NCBI GenBank assembly: GCA_965112155.1
Contig: OZ218098.1
Reading direction: 5' to 3' (one strand)
DNA: 64,000 bases
DNA from: Podarcis liolepis
Taxonomy: Eukaryota
The notes under the pieces are model-generated. The model saw only the letters and a program-made list of their open reading frames with translations, did not search any database and was not told the DNA's origin. Positions 24,136 through 35,790 of the stretch are shown here, in pieces. The position numbers were made by a program, and so were the translations under genes. Position 1 is the stretch's first letter. Each line of letters opens with the position of its first letter.

Positions 24136-25488
24136 CTACGAGTCGTTGGGCCCCGCTGTGGAGTCCTTGCCCCGCGCCTCGTGCAGGATGAGGTCGGGCG
24201 ACTCGGAGCGCGGCGTCTCCAGGTTGCTGGCGTCCGTGTCGCTGTCGCTGCCCTTTTTNNNNNNNNNNNNNNNNNNNNNNNNNNNNNNNNNNNNNNNNNN
24301 NNNNNNNNNNNNNNNNNNNNNNNNNNNNNNNNNNNNNNNNNNNNNNNNNNNNNNNNNNNNNNNNNNNNNNNNNNNNNNNNNNNNNNNNNNNNNNNNNNNN
24401 NNNNNNNNNNNNNNNNNNNNNNNNNNNNNNNNNNNNNNNNNNNNNNNNNNNNNNNNNNNNNNNNNNNNNNNNNNNNNNNNNNNNNNNNNGTACACCTTCC
24501 CGCAGCCGGGGATGTGGCAGCTGTGCAGGCCCTTGCGCCTCAGGCTCGCCCCCGCCGGCCCCAGACGCTCGGCCTCCTGGCAGTTGGGGCAGTCGCAGGT
24601 GGCCCTGCCCGAGTAGCGCCGGGCGGAGCGCGCCGAGCCTCCCCCAGCTGCCGCGGCCGCCGCGGCGCCGGAAATCATGGCGCTGGCGGCCGCCACCGCG
24701 GCGCTGGAGTCCGTGTACGAGGGGAGCACGGGCTTGAAGCCCTCCTGCGTGAGCAGGTGCTGGCTAGTGGAGAGCAGGTGCGACGCCGCCGTCGAGCCCA
24801 GGCCCGTGGAGCTGAAGGCCGAGTGCGTGAGGGAGCTGAAGTCGGCCGGGTTGTAGGTGCCCAGCTGCGAGTGCAGGGAGGCCTGGGGGGCGCCCGAGTG
24901 CAGCGGGCTCTGCAGGCCGCCGGCCGGGTTCTGCACCTCCAGCCACGAGCCCGGGTTGGTGTGCACGTCCCACCACGACGACGCCGCGCCGTTGGCCACC
25001 TCGCCCGCCGCCAGCGTCGAGTGGAAGCCGGACTTGTACCACGACTCGTAAGGGTGCGCCATGCCCACGCGAGGGTACAGGCTGTCGGCCGCCGAGCTGT
25101 GCACTTTGGAGATGAACGCCGACTGCCCGCCGGCCTCCTGAGGGGAAACTCCCGCCGCGGCCGCCGCCGCCGCCGCCGAGTTGGAGAAGAGGCCGCTGTA
25201 GTCGCTGCTGAAGGCTGACGACGTGGGCGACGTGGAGGCCAGGCAGAAGGCGCTGTTGGCCGTGCCGCTGCCGCTGGCCAGCCCGCTCGAGCCGCGGCTG
25301 GTGGCCACCGTGAAGCCGGACAGGCTGGAGCCCAGGTTGCAGCTGGAGGTGGAGCGCTTCCACGGGTGGAAGCTGCCCTTGGCGAAGGCGCTCGACTCCG
25401 GCAAGGTGGTCAGCGGGCTGGTGTTGCCGATCTTGTTGCAGGTGGCGGCCAGCATGGCCAAAGGCGTGGTCCCGAATCGTGGCTCTTC
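24136..25488 (-). CDS. SP9: SP9 transcription factor, exon 2 (Sp box, buttonhead box, three C2H2 fingers mostly hidden by N)
   Basis: Acceptor tcccctccacAG|GAA GAG CCA. Contains the Sp box TPLAMLAATCNKIG, the Btd box CDCPNCQE, HSCHIPGCGKVY and the SP9-type C-terminus KKGSDSDTDASNLETPRSESPDLILH...GPNDS. Tandem TAG TAG stop. Confidence 0.96.
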   Translation of the reverse strand, partial: EEPRFGTTPLAMLAATCNKIGNTSPLTTLPESSAFAKGSFHPWKRSTSSCNLGSSLSGFTVATSRGSSGLASGSGTANSAFCLASTSPTSSAFSSDYSGLFSNSAAAAAAAAGVSPQEAGGQSAFISKVHSSAADSLYPRVGMAHPYESWYKSGFHSTLAAGEVANGAASSWWDVHTNPGSWLEVQNPAGGLQSPLHSGAPQASLHSQLGTYNPADFSSLTHSAFSSTGLGSTAASHLLSTSQHLLTQEGFKPVLPSYTDSSAAVAAASAMISGAAAAAAAGGGSARSARRYSGRATCDCPNCQEAERLGPAGASLRRKGLHSCHIPGCGKVYXXXXXXXXXXXXXXXXXXXXXXXXXXXXXXXXXXXXXXXXXXXXXXXXXXXXXXXXXXXXXXXXXXXXXXXXXXXXXKKGSDSDTDASNLETPRSESPDLILHEARGKDSTAGPNDS

Positions 25489-26349
25489 CTGTGGAGGGGA
25501 GGGAGACACAAAAACCAGCCCGTCAGCCTCTCGCGCCCAAGCCCCGGATCCGCCGCCGCCGCGGGGAAAGGCGCGCGCAACAGGCCCCGAAAGCCACGGC
25601 CACGGCGTCCTGGCGAAAAGTTCCGCGCAATTTACTCGACCTTTAAAACAAAACGAAACCAATCAGACTCCCCGGCCATCGCATCCCGCCTAGCTGGGTT
25701 TATTATTGTTGCCGATCTTATAATTTGGACGTGCTTTTCACCGCCATCCAGCAGCAGGAAAGGGTGGGAGCCGATGTTTTTAAATGACAAGGGTCCAGGG
25801 AGCAGCCACGACAGAAGCAGAAAGAAAACCACGCTTAAAAAAAGAAAGAAAGAACGGAAATAAATCGCGCGTCTGCTTTTCTTTTTTAAAAAAAGATGAA
25901 GTCGATGCATTTTTCTCATCTCCCCCCGTCCCCCCTTTGTGGCGGTGGTGGGGCAAACAAATCGGCCTTAATGGCAAAGATCCCGAGAGCAAAAACTATG
26001 CGCTCTCCAAAAGGTCTAAAACTAGGCTGCAGAGAAACCTCGAGCGGGATATGGGTTACGAACCGGGAAAGCCTGAGCAGCCTACGTGGGGGAATCGCGC
26101 AGGAATTTTAGGAAAACATGGCAGGGCTGCAAATCAGATCGGCGAGCAAAAACGAGCTGCTTCTTTACAGCAACTGGAATCGAAAGAAGGCAAGCTTTAT
26201 TTCACCTTTACGCTTCTACCCCCTTTCTCCCGACGTGAAACCGCAAACTGCTGGCTGCGGCGACAGCAACAGTTTTAAGGTTCGCCCATAAAAAAAAAGA
26301 AGACAACGAAAGCCGAGGTCCTCAAGCCCGGAAGCGCCTCCCGACTTAC

Positions 26350-26370
26350 CCCAAGTATAGACGTAGCCAT
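26350..26370 (-). CDS. SP9: SP9 exon 1 coding part (MATSILG)
   Basis: Minus strand reads ATG GCT ACG TCT ATA CTT GGG|gtaagt. Splices in phase 0 to EEPRFGTTPL, giving the known SP9 N-terminus MATSILGEEPRFG. Confidence 0.93.
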
Positions 26371-26499
26371 AGCCAAGTCTCCCGGCTGGGCGGCGGGATC
26401 CGAAGGGGGGCTCTGCCTCGCGCGAGCGTCCTCGGCGCTCCCCGCTGTATTTCCCCCACTTGCGCTAAGTACACTCCTGTCTCTGGACGGCTAAACTCA

Positions 26500-26700
26500 G
26501 CCTAAGTGTGGGGAGCGCCTGCTTTGAAGTACCGCTGGCTGAGACTCTCGCCCAATGAGGGTGGAGAAAGAGCGAGCAGGAGTTGCTCCGCAGCCAATCA
26601 GGGAACTTGGAGATGTAAGAGCCAGGGCTCCGGGCGCGTGCCAGTCAAAGGCAGAAGGTGCGGGCGGGCTCAAGGCATGGGGGGGGGGCGCGTTTAAGAA
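26500..26700 (-). promoter_or_regulatory. SP9 proximal promoter: two CCAAT boxes and a GC box
   Basis: CCAAT at 26552-26556 and 26594-26598 (42 bp apart) and GGGCGGG at about 26662, 180-300 bp upstream of the ATG, in CpG-rich sequence. Confidence 0.6.
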
Positions 26701-28177
26701 ATCGCACCAGCGTGCTTTGGGGGTCTTTTAAAAAACATTTTATCGCAATTAACTTTTTTTAAAAAATAAATAAATAAATAAAGCCTAGGTTTAAACATCG
26801 TCAAGGTTGTGACAGAAGAGAACATGATGACACTTCCTCTCCCATTTCGGGGGTAGGGGCGTAAAGGGCAGCGAAGAATGGGAGAATGCAAACTGCTTTT
26901 TTTTCTTTCCAATTCAGACCTCCCCCCGTCGCTTTTCGATCTCCCCCCCCTCCTATCCCGAACATTACACAGCTCATTAATTCCCCTCGTTCATTAAACC
27001 GAACTAGGTGTGTCACGCCGTGCCACATAAAGAGGCAGACTTTTTACCCCTACAGGCCTCCACTGTCACCCTGGTCTCTGCAGGGCGCAGGGATGTCTAG
27101 CATCGTACGGGTTCCAAGAAAAGCGTTTGCAGAACATTAAACGATAAAAAAGCCTGTTCACATTTTTTTTTTTAAAAAAAAGAAACACCAACCCACCGCA
27201 CACCCCTCACTCATTGGCAATGCTTTTATACATTTGCTAGATTCGTTTGGAATAAAAGATTTAAATATTTAAAAAAATGCAATCTTTGGATTATATAACA
27301 TCGGGGAGGGGAAGTATTTTATTATCCTAGTTCACAGACATCTGGGTGGTTTCCTAGCGCTCCTCTGCCAGAGAAGTGCAAGAATGTCCCTCTTTAAAGG
27401 TGTGGATAAAGAAAGACAAGACCAAGTTTGCAGAGTCTGCGCTGGACCTTTTTCTAGTCCCCACGAATTCCTGCGTCTGTGTGTCTGTGTGTGTGTAAGT
27501 AAGAAGCATTCATGGACAGATTCTCGCCCCCCTCTCTTCCACACGTACCGAGAAGTTACAGAGACTTTTCTATCCGTTCCCTGCATGTGACAAATACGGG
27601 GAACTTCGTCAACCAGCCGCTTTTGGGAGGCCATTGCGGAGGATGACGGAGGACCTTCAAAAAATTGCGTCAAACTCACCCTTTTTCCCGCGGCCGGGCG
27701 AAAGATCAACTTTTTTTTAAAGAAAGCACACGAGCGCACACGTCTCCAAACCCTCCAGATGTTCTCCAACGCTGTGATTATCCCATCGTTGTTGTTGTTT
27801 TTTTGTCTGCCCGTCTAATCCTCGCTGCGGTTTGGAGGGGGGGGGGAGGCGCAGAGAGGTAAAAAAACTTAGGTTTCTTCCTCCTGCTTAAATCTCCCTT
27901 TCTGCCAACATCTGCTACCTCCGAACCTCGTCAGTTCGCAGATGCAGAATACACGTGGTTCAAAGGCAAGGAGGGGGGGAATCACGATTTCCTTCTTCCC
28001 CCCCTCTCTCGCCACACACACACACACACAGCTTTCCTTCTGTCACCATTTAAAGAAGAAAAGAGAAACAACACACACACACACACACACAAAAGTATGC
28101 ATTAAAAGAAGAACCCCGTTTTGTGTCACGATACACTTTCAAAGCAATCAACATGCTGGCTTCAGTAGAGCTCCAAT

Positions 28178-28178
<1 letters not shown>

Positions 28179-28242
<64 letters not shown>
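28179..28242. repeat. (TAT)n microsatellite
   Basis: Direct read. Confidence 0.95.
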
Positions 28243-28499
28243 GCTTTACAGCCAGTGCTCTTTTGCTTCGGCTGGAGTGGGGGCAAAGGAGTCCACAAAA
28301 GTCTAGAATTGTGGAATGGGGGGGGGGAATCTGTGCCCACGATTGCTGCCCCCAGTGCAGAGAGGCATTGAGACTGCCCGTACAGCAAAAAGGTGCGCCA
28401 GGGAAGCTCATCCCGAGACTGCCAAAGAGGAGCGTTTAAGTGCTAGAGGTGGGCAGCTATGGAAAAACGATTGTGCGTGTGTGTGTGTGTGTGCACTTG

Positions 28500-31400
28500 G
28501 GGTGGAAATCCAGCCTCCCAGCAAAGCTGTAGCGGGTGGGGGAAGCCCCAGAGGGCCACGTCGCCAGAATCCTTCATCCAACAGGTGACACAGCCTCCTG
28601 CACCCGTATCTGGAGGGAGGGAGGGAGGCGAGCTCCCCTGTTTATTTATAGAAGAAAGCCGCCGTTGCATTTGCTAATAGAGGTGGATTGCTAAGTGGCG
28701 GCGAGGCGTTTCTGGCTAGCCAGGGGGCAGTTCGGGGAGGAGAAAGGGAGAGTCTTTCTCCCACCCTCTCTTTAAGGATAAGGCTGACGAAAGGATAAAT
28801 ATAATAATTCTCCCTCTCTTCCCTCAACCCCCCCCCCCCAATTGATGCCAATTCACAGAGCAGGGGTGTGGGTGGGTGTTTTCTTTTGTTTTAATCACTC
28901 ATTTTAAGATGACGTCTGTGGGCACCCACAACAGATTCCCCCACCCAGTGCCTCCTAAACAAGCAAAACGCGCAGCCCGCACATATCCTCCGAGCTGATT
29001 GCTCCCCGGGTCCTGTTCTGAAACGCGCAGGGGCCTCGCCTCCTCCTGCTGCGCGTCTTTAATCCACCGCGTCTTTGCAAGTAAATAAAAGTAAAGTGGG
29101 ATTTTGGCTGGGAAGATACGGCGACGGTGCGCGCCTGAAAGGAAGGGAATCAACTCAGCGCTCGGAGGAGCAGGAGAAATCCCTGCTCCCAAATCTTGAG
29201 AGGGGGGTCAAGCGTTTTCTGTCAGATTTCTTCATACTCCAAAACCCCTAGTTTTTAAACAAAGATCAGCGTGTTATGCCGAAGTGTTGAGCTGACTGTT
29301 AAAACATTTGGGGGGGATAATGACANNNNNNNNNNNNNNNNNNNNNNNNNNNNNNNNNNNNNNNNNNNNNNNNNNNNNNNNNNNNNNNNNNNNNNNNNNN
29401 NNNNNNNNNNNNNNNNNNNNNNNNNNNNNNNNNNNNNNNNNNNNNNNNNNNNNNNNNNNNNNNNNNNNNNNNNNNNNNNNNNNNNNNNNTGCAGAGGCTC
29501 NNNNNNNNNNNNNNNNNNNNNNNNNNNNNNNNNNNNNNNNNNNNNNNNNNNNNNNNNNNNNNNNNNNNNNNNNNNNNNNNNNNNNNNNNNNNNNNNNNNN
29601 NNNNNNNNNNNNNNNNNNNNNNNNNNNNNNNNNNNNNNNNNNNNNNNNNNNNNNNNNNNNNNNNNNNNNNNNNNNNNNNNNNNNNNNNNNNNNNNNNNNN
29701 NNNNNNNNNNNNNNNNNNNNNNNNNNNNNNNNNNNNNNNNNNNNNNNNNNNNNNNNNNNNNNNNNNNNATATATTTACATGGTAAATACACGGGGGCTTA
29801 AATCAACACGCGTCTCTCCCTCTCCTCTCTCCCCCCTCCACCCCTTTAAATCTCAATATGAATACTAATAAAGAAGAATGGGCTAATTAAAGGCATCAGC
29901 CCTCCTTCCTTCCAGCAAATCCAGTTTCCCAGAGGTTCCCCGCGTTTCCACGGGCCCCTTTGATCCGCACCAACTCCGAAAGTTGCAAATCTTCGGGAGG
30001 TAGAAGCGCCAAACAATTGGTTCATTAGAGATGATTTGGAGGGGGGGGGCGGCTTCGCGGGTTCACACTCCAGAGGCTTCCGATGAAATGGCGCTTTTGC
30101 ACCGACGGGCCTTTTCTTTCTTTTTAAGCGATTCTAAATCCATCGACTGAAGAGCAATTGCTGTCAAATATACCCGAGTTTGCCCGACTGCTGGGTGCGT
30201 CCTGGTCTGCGCGCAAGGGACTGCAGGGGGACTTCTTTTTCAGAAGGGGAAAACACAGCCTGCCCCAAAACATTTGTTCAAATAATTGCATCCTCCTCCC
30301 TCCTCTCTCTCTCTCTCCTCCTCCCCCCTCAAAAGCAAAAACGCTCCCCCCCTCCTCTCCCTGCCTCAATTACCCCTTTCATTTACATGATACAGAACCA
30401 GATTTTACCAGAGACGCTCCGAGGGGGGACGAATTAGGAACTTCGATTAAGAAAAGGCTTCTCTTAATCTTGATACAAAAAAAAAAGTGGGGAGGGAGCT
30501 TGCATGAGTGGGGTTGCGGGGGGGGGGGGAGAAAGAGGGCAGTGAGGACCAGGTTCGCATAGCACAGTCCTTGGCAGCCTAATCCCTTTCGCTGGGTTTG
30601 TTGTTTGGAAGAGGCGAAGGACGCGTGGCTAGTTTTTTTTTGCTTACTCAAAAGAACAAGGACCAGACGGGGCGGGGAGGGGGGCAGGAAGAAGCAGCAA
30701 TCCGGGGATCAAACGGACCCTGGAAATTAAAGAGGAAATCATGGGACTCCCCAACACCCCCCCCACCGGCCTGAGCTTTCATTTTCTATTTGTTAGCGCA
30801 GCCCCCCTCCCTCATTTCCCTCGCCACCCCTGCAAATAAAGCCCCTCTAATGCGGGAACATTTGATGGACGGGGCTTTCATCTCTGCCTGGTGAGGGAAG
30901 CGGCAGCAGCAGTCAGGAGGCGCCGCTCCGACGACTCCGGAGGGGAAAGCGGACGGATCCGTTCTCTCTCTGAAGTGCCTCTCCAAATGTGCGCCCCCTC
31001 GAAGGCCGCCCTACCCACCCACGAGCTCCTCGTTTTCCCCATCTCAGCTTGTGTGGATTGGGATGGGGTGGCCCCCCGACGCCCCCCTCTTTTTCTTTCT
31101 TTCTGTCTGTCTCTCCTCCTCCTCTCCCCTCTTCCGCAGAAGGCACGTGAACAATTAAAAGGGAAGACACTGTTGTGTCAAAGGAAGGTGACTGGATGAT
31201 GATTTTAATTACTACAATTACGGGGGATTATTCAACAAAACGTCTTTAGGCTTGTTTACAGCGCCAGGAGAAGGACGTCGAAGGGACCATCGCCTGAAAG
31301 GGGTTGTTTAAACCCCCTTGGCGAAGGAAAAGAAGAAAAATAAAGATGCGCCGTCGAGGCTGCAGCGCCACCTGCCCGGCGTGGGCCCCGGGAGCAAAGG

Positions 31401-32650
31401 CGGCAGGGTCGCGATCTCCAGGCGCTTGACCGACTGCTCCCTCTGCGCCAAGGAGAGCGGCAAACGCTGGAGGAGGACCTCGGGTCTCGGAGTCGCTCGC
31501 TCCGGAGTCACTCCGGATCGCCTCCGAACAGGATAGGAAGAAGCCCGTAGTGGCTGCTTCTGTTTCCACACTCGCGGCCAAGTAACAGAAGCAGAGAATT
31601 AAGACTATATTAGTAGCACTTTGGGGAGTCTAACCGACTTGCTGGCTTCAGGGCGCCGACGGCGAGGTTTAATCCATTCTTCAGTAGCACAGGCCGGAAG
31701 CGGATCCAGACCCACCACTACCTGCGACAGACGTCCGCCCACCTATGCAGTCTCCAGAACTGCGCGCCGGGCCTCCAGAGGCCACGGGTTCGAATCCGGC
31801 TGCTCACTAACTGATCTTGGGACCAAGGCCACACACGCTTGCATTTCCTCCATCCTTCCCTCCCAGCCTAGCCTACCTCGCAAGGTTCTTGGGAGGACAT
31901 TTTTTAAAGTGGGGATTAAAACGCTGCCACGAGCTCCTTGGAGGAACAGTGCGCGCATGGGTATAATTTAATAATTCCGGGCCACATTTTGTAGGTGAAG
32001 AAGGCAGACGTGGAGCCTCGGGCCACGCGCAGGGGGAATGGTCACAACAGGGCCTGGGATTATTCGCCCTCTCTGAAGGGGTGGGGAAGAATCAGTGCTT
32101 TCCAACCCTGAAGCGTGAGGAAGCCAATCTGCACCCCTACAGGAGAAATGAACAAACCCCAGTATTCAAATCGATAATCGACCCAGTGGTTTCCCAAAAC
32201 AAACCTGAGTTTAGGGCATGCCTAAGGGTGATCCAGGCTGCAATCTGAACCCCAGTGACCTCACCGAATGTCCTTAGGACTTACTTCCAAGTAGACGTAG
32301 CTAGGATTGCGCTGTTAAGAGTTTGAACCCTGGGCACATGGTTGCTTCGAAGGGAGCTCCGGCGGCTTCAAGGAGGCTTACTCCCAAGTGAGCATGCAAA
32401 GGGCCCGATCCTCTGGGCCTTCCTCGGCAGAGGAACGGAGGCGAACCTTTGGCGCTCCTGCTCCAGCCACGGCGACGAGGTGATGCCGTGTGGCGAAGTG
32501 GTTAGAGCCGCCTGCTTCCCACAGGTTCCAGGAGTGATATTGGCCCTTCCGCTTGGTCTCAGACTGCCCTCCACGGAGGACTCAAAACCCGAGAGAGATA
32601 GAGACCCCAAGATCCACTTTGGGGGGCTGTGATTACCCTCGGTTTTGCTG
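28500..32650. promoter_or_regulatory. CpG-rich upstream regulatory domain of SP9
   Basis: Persistent CpGs with interspersed TAAT-rich blocks and no convincing ORF. Confidence 0.55.
31745..31975 (+). mobile_element. Old tRNA-derived CORE/MIR-like SINE
   Basis: B-box GGTTCGAATCC, cctacctcgcaaggttcttgggagga segment and an L2-like tail ctccttggaggaa...ggtataa. Confidence 0.45.
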
Positions 32651-33319
32651 CGCTATTTCAGGTTTTTGTCCTGGTCTTGACTTAAATTAAACGGCCCAGA
32701 AGGTTGAGATGAGAGTTAGGGAGCTCTCTTCCCGCACCCTTCATGCTGGCTGGGGGGGGGTGTAAAGTCGCTTGGGGTTACCTGCTGAGCATCTCAGCTC
32801 ACCCCAGGGGACCATCGCGGCGTTTGCCCCAGGACGCAGTGGGATGAGCTGCAGCAGTGAGGAAGACCTTGTCTCCTGACCCCAGATCTTCCTTCCTCGC
32901 CCATCTCCGTGTTGCCTAAGCTCGGCAGTCTTCTTAAGGTGAATTTCACCTCCCATCACGAAGCGTTGCGCCGTCGGTGGGGACGTTTGCAGAAGCGTTT
33001 TCCTCCTGATAATTAGGAGTCTATTACAAGCCATTAGATTGATCAATGTACCTTAAACAATGTGCATGATTTATACGGCCAGGAGTCCCTTTCTTTCTCT
33101 CTCTCTCTCCCTCCCTGCCCAATTCCCCCGCCTTACACCCTTTGTAATATTCCCGAAACCACCCCAGAGCCGGGGGGAGCGAGAGAGAGACACCATCCAT
33201 CAAGCTTTGCACAACAGAAGGCTGTTTAGAAAACTTCCAAGGAAGGAACCAGGGGAAGAGATGATGAGGGGCGGGGAAATCATCTGCCTCTCCAGATTGT
33301 TCATCTTGCAAGATACCAG

Positions 33320-33445
33320 AGTTTTGGAATCACTGAATTTTGGAGCTGGAAGGGACCTCCAGAGTCATCTAGTCCACCCCCCGCAATGCAGGAATCTCAA
33401 GCAGCCGTGGCAGAGGGCCATCCAACCTCTGCTTAAAAACCTCCT
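33320..33445 (-). mobile_element. CR1-like LINE 3' fragment
   Basis: Reverse of the ...ggactagatgactctggaggtcccttccagctc...gtgattc CR1-type 3' end. Confidence 0.55.
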
Positions 33446-34462
33446 ATGGAGGGAATACGAGGGTAATCTCGTCTTAACCCCTGCAACGCCGGAATCTTTC
33501 TGTACCAGCTCCCCTTTAGACGGAATGGTGGGCTTGGGAGAAGACACGGGAACGAAGGAATAAAAGGAGGGAAGCTGGCCTATCAGGGCGAATGGTGCAG
33601 TTCCCAACCAACCACAGCCTGCCTTCTCACTTACAACCAATCAGGAGGTGGCTTCAACGTTAACTCTTCTGGGGTGTGTAGGCGTGGTCTATTAGCCAAG
33701 GAATATATATATATGGAGAGCGAGAGAGAGAGAAAGTTCTCCTACACATGACTATGGGTCGTATCCAACTAAATAGACCGCTTGAAACTGATGGGCCTAA
33801 CTTAATCGTACCCATTGTTTTCAGTGGGACTACTCTGAGTAGGACTCACGTTGGCTACCACCCTAATTCTCCTAGAACCAGTCACCAGGGAGTGAATTCC
33901 ATAGAGTTCAATGGAAACTACTTTGCAGTAGACACGTAGAAAGTACATTTTAGAGAGATACAGAGCCCACGTGTGCTTGTGTTCACACGCTCAAAGGCAT
34001 CGCAGATGCTTCGGAGGTCCCGCGTAGCCTACTTTGGAGCTGTTGAAAGGAAACGTCGAACCTTTCTTCCCGACAAGAGAAACCTTGCAGTCCTTTGCAG
34101 AATCTGCTAAGGCTGCCGGTGCAGTTCGCTTTGCGTCTGCAACCCCCGTATCCTCGCAGATAAAACGGATTCTTCTCTATAGAGGAAGGGTAACCAAGGA
34201 CGTTTGAGGGCAAGAGATCGACTGAGTTTCTTTCCTCTGACGCTGCTTACACACTCCAGACATTGTAAGCACATCCCCACCCCCAAGAATCCGGAGAACC
34301 TCACAGAGCTACAATGCCCAGCACTTTAAAGAAACTACAGTTCCCATAATTCTTCCGGGGGAAGCCACGTGCTTTAAATGTGTGGCGCGAACATTTCACG
34401 TGTGGGATTGAGACCAAACTTCCCTTTAGACTGCAATCCAAAAACTCACGAAGGAATAGAAA

Positions 34463-34589
34463 TTCATCACAGAATCGTAGAGTTGGAAGGGAAGGGACCC
34501 TGAGATGCAGGGAAATGCAGCTGTCTCATTTGGGGATCAAACCTGCAACCTTGGTGTTATCAGCGCCACACTCTAAGCAACTGAGCTAC
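34463..34589 (-). mobile_element. tRNA-Ile-derived SINE with a CR1-type tail
   Basis: Reverse strand reads tagctcagttgcttagagtgtggcgctgataacaccaaggttgcaggtttgatccc... then cttccaactctacgattctgtga. Confidence 0.7.
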
Positions 34590-35431
34590 ACCTCTGTTGT
34601 GCCCAAAGTCCTGCCCTGAGATTCCAACTAGAGAGGGCATTTTGCGTAAAAGCGCACGCTTGGCGGGCGCGCACTTAGCGCCTCGGAGACTGGCCTTCCG
34701 CCGCTCACCCTCTTTCCTTTGGCAAGGCCCTTGTCTTCGCTTCCAAACTCCCTCCCTCTTGCGGCGTCTGGGGGCCCTTCTGCTCCGTATGATGGGGTGT
34801 GTGTGTCCGTCCCTGGACTTCTTCTGCCCTGAAGGCGCAGGCTCGTGGGCGCTCTCCGAAAGCTAACGAGGGAGCAAGGAGACCAGCCGACGAGTTTCAA
34901 AGCGAATCCCCTGGACTGGCAGCCAAGTTTCCGAAGACGCTCTCTGCAGGGGGAGCGGGAGAGAAACAAACAAGCAAACACGCAAGTAACCGCGCTTTCA
35001 ACTCTCCAAAGTGGAAACGGATGGGGTCGCCACAAAAGCGCGCTCCGAGCTGGCGGCAGCCGTTCCTTCGAGCGGTGGGGAGTTCTGTGGAATGGAAAGC
35101 CATAAAGGGGGAAAATATATACTGTCCTTCCTGCAGTCCTTCCTTACCTGGAAGTAAGCAGCCTTGAATACAAGGGGTTAAGCATTTTCACGATACCTAT
35201 ACAGGAATATGCTGTAAGTCGTGTGCCAATATTCATTTTTATTTTGGGTCGAGATTTCAACACAAAGTCCAAACAGAGCTCTCTGTGTGTAGCCTACATA
35301 TGACACCAGAAGCATTGAAGCTTATAACAGCACCACTATGTGGAATTAGACCAGTTTGCTTTTCGATCCAGATTGGACCTCTTGGGGAGGAGGGTGTTGC
35401 ATGGACCCTTTTACACTACCAACTCTCAATG

Positions 35432-35790
35432 AGGATGCGGGTGGTGCTGTGGGTTAAACCACAGAGCCTAGGACTTGCCAATCAGAAGGTCGGCGGTTCG
35501 AATTCCCGCGACGGGGTGAACTTCCGTTGCTCGGTCCCTGCTCCTGCCAACCTAGCAGTTCAAAAGCACGTCAAAGTGCAAGTAGATAAACAGGTACCGC
35601 TCCAGCGGGAAGGTAAATGGCATTTCCGTGCACTGCTCTGGTTCGCCAGAAGCGGCTTAGTCATGCTGGCCACATGACCCAGAAGCTGTACGCCGGCTCC
35701 CTCGGCCAGTAAAGCGAGATGAGCACTGCAACCCCAGAGTCGGTCACGACTGGACCTAATGGTCAGGGGTCCTTTTACCTTTACCTTACC
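35432..35790 (+). mobile_element. Sauria SINE (Squam1-type, BovB-related tail)
   Basis: tRNA-like head with GGTTCGAA, (ACCTTT)n tail and TSD taccaactctcaa/taccatctctcaa. Confidence 0.9.

Larger units (their letters stand above)
23850..26700. promoter_or_regulatory. CpG island covering the SP9 gene body and promoter
   Basis: Very high GC and CpG density by inspection (not computed). Confidence 0.8.

Noticed and set aside
23905-25218. 437-aa + strand ORF
   Set aside because: Antisense shadow of the GC-rich SP9 coding exon. It runs through Ns and has no recognisable domain.
25489-25662. N-terminal extension of the 508-aa SP9 ORF (MVSFCFKG...)
   Set aside because: Intronic read-through. The real start is the spliced exon MATSILG at 26370.
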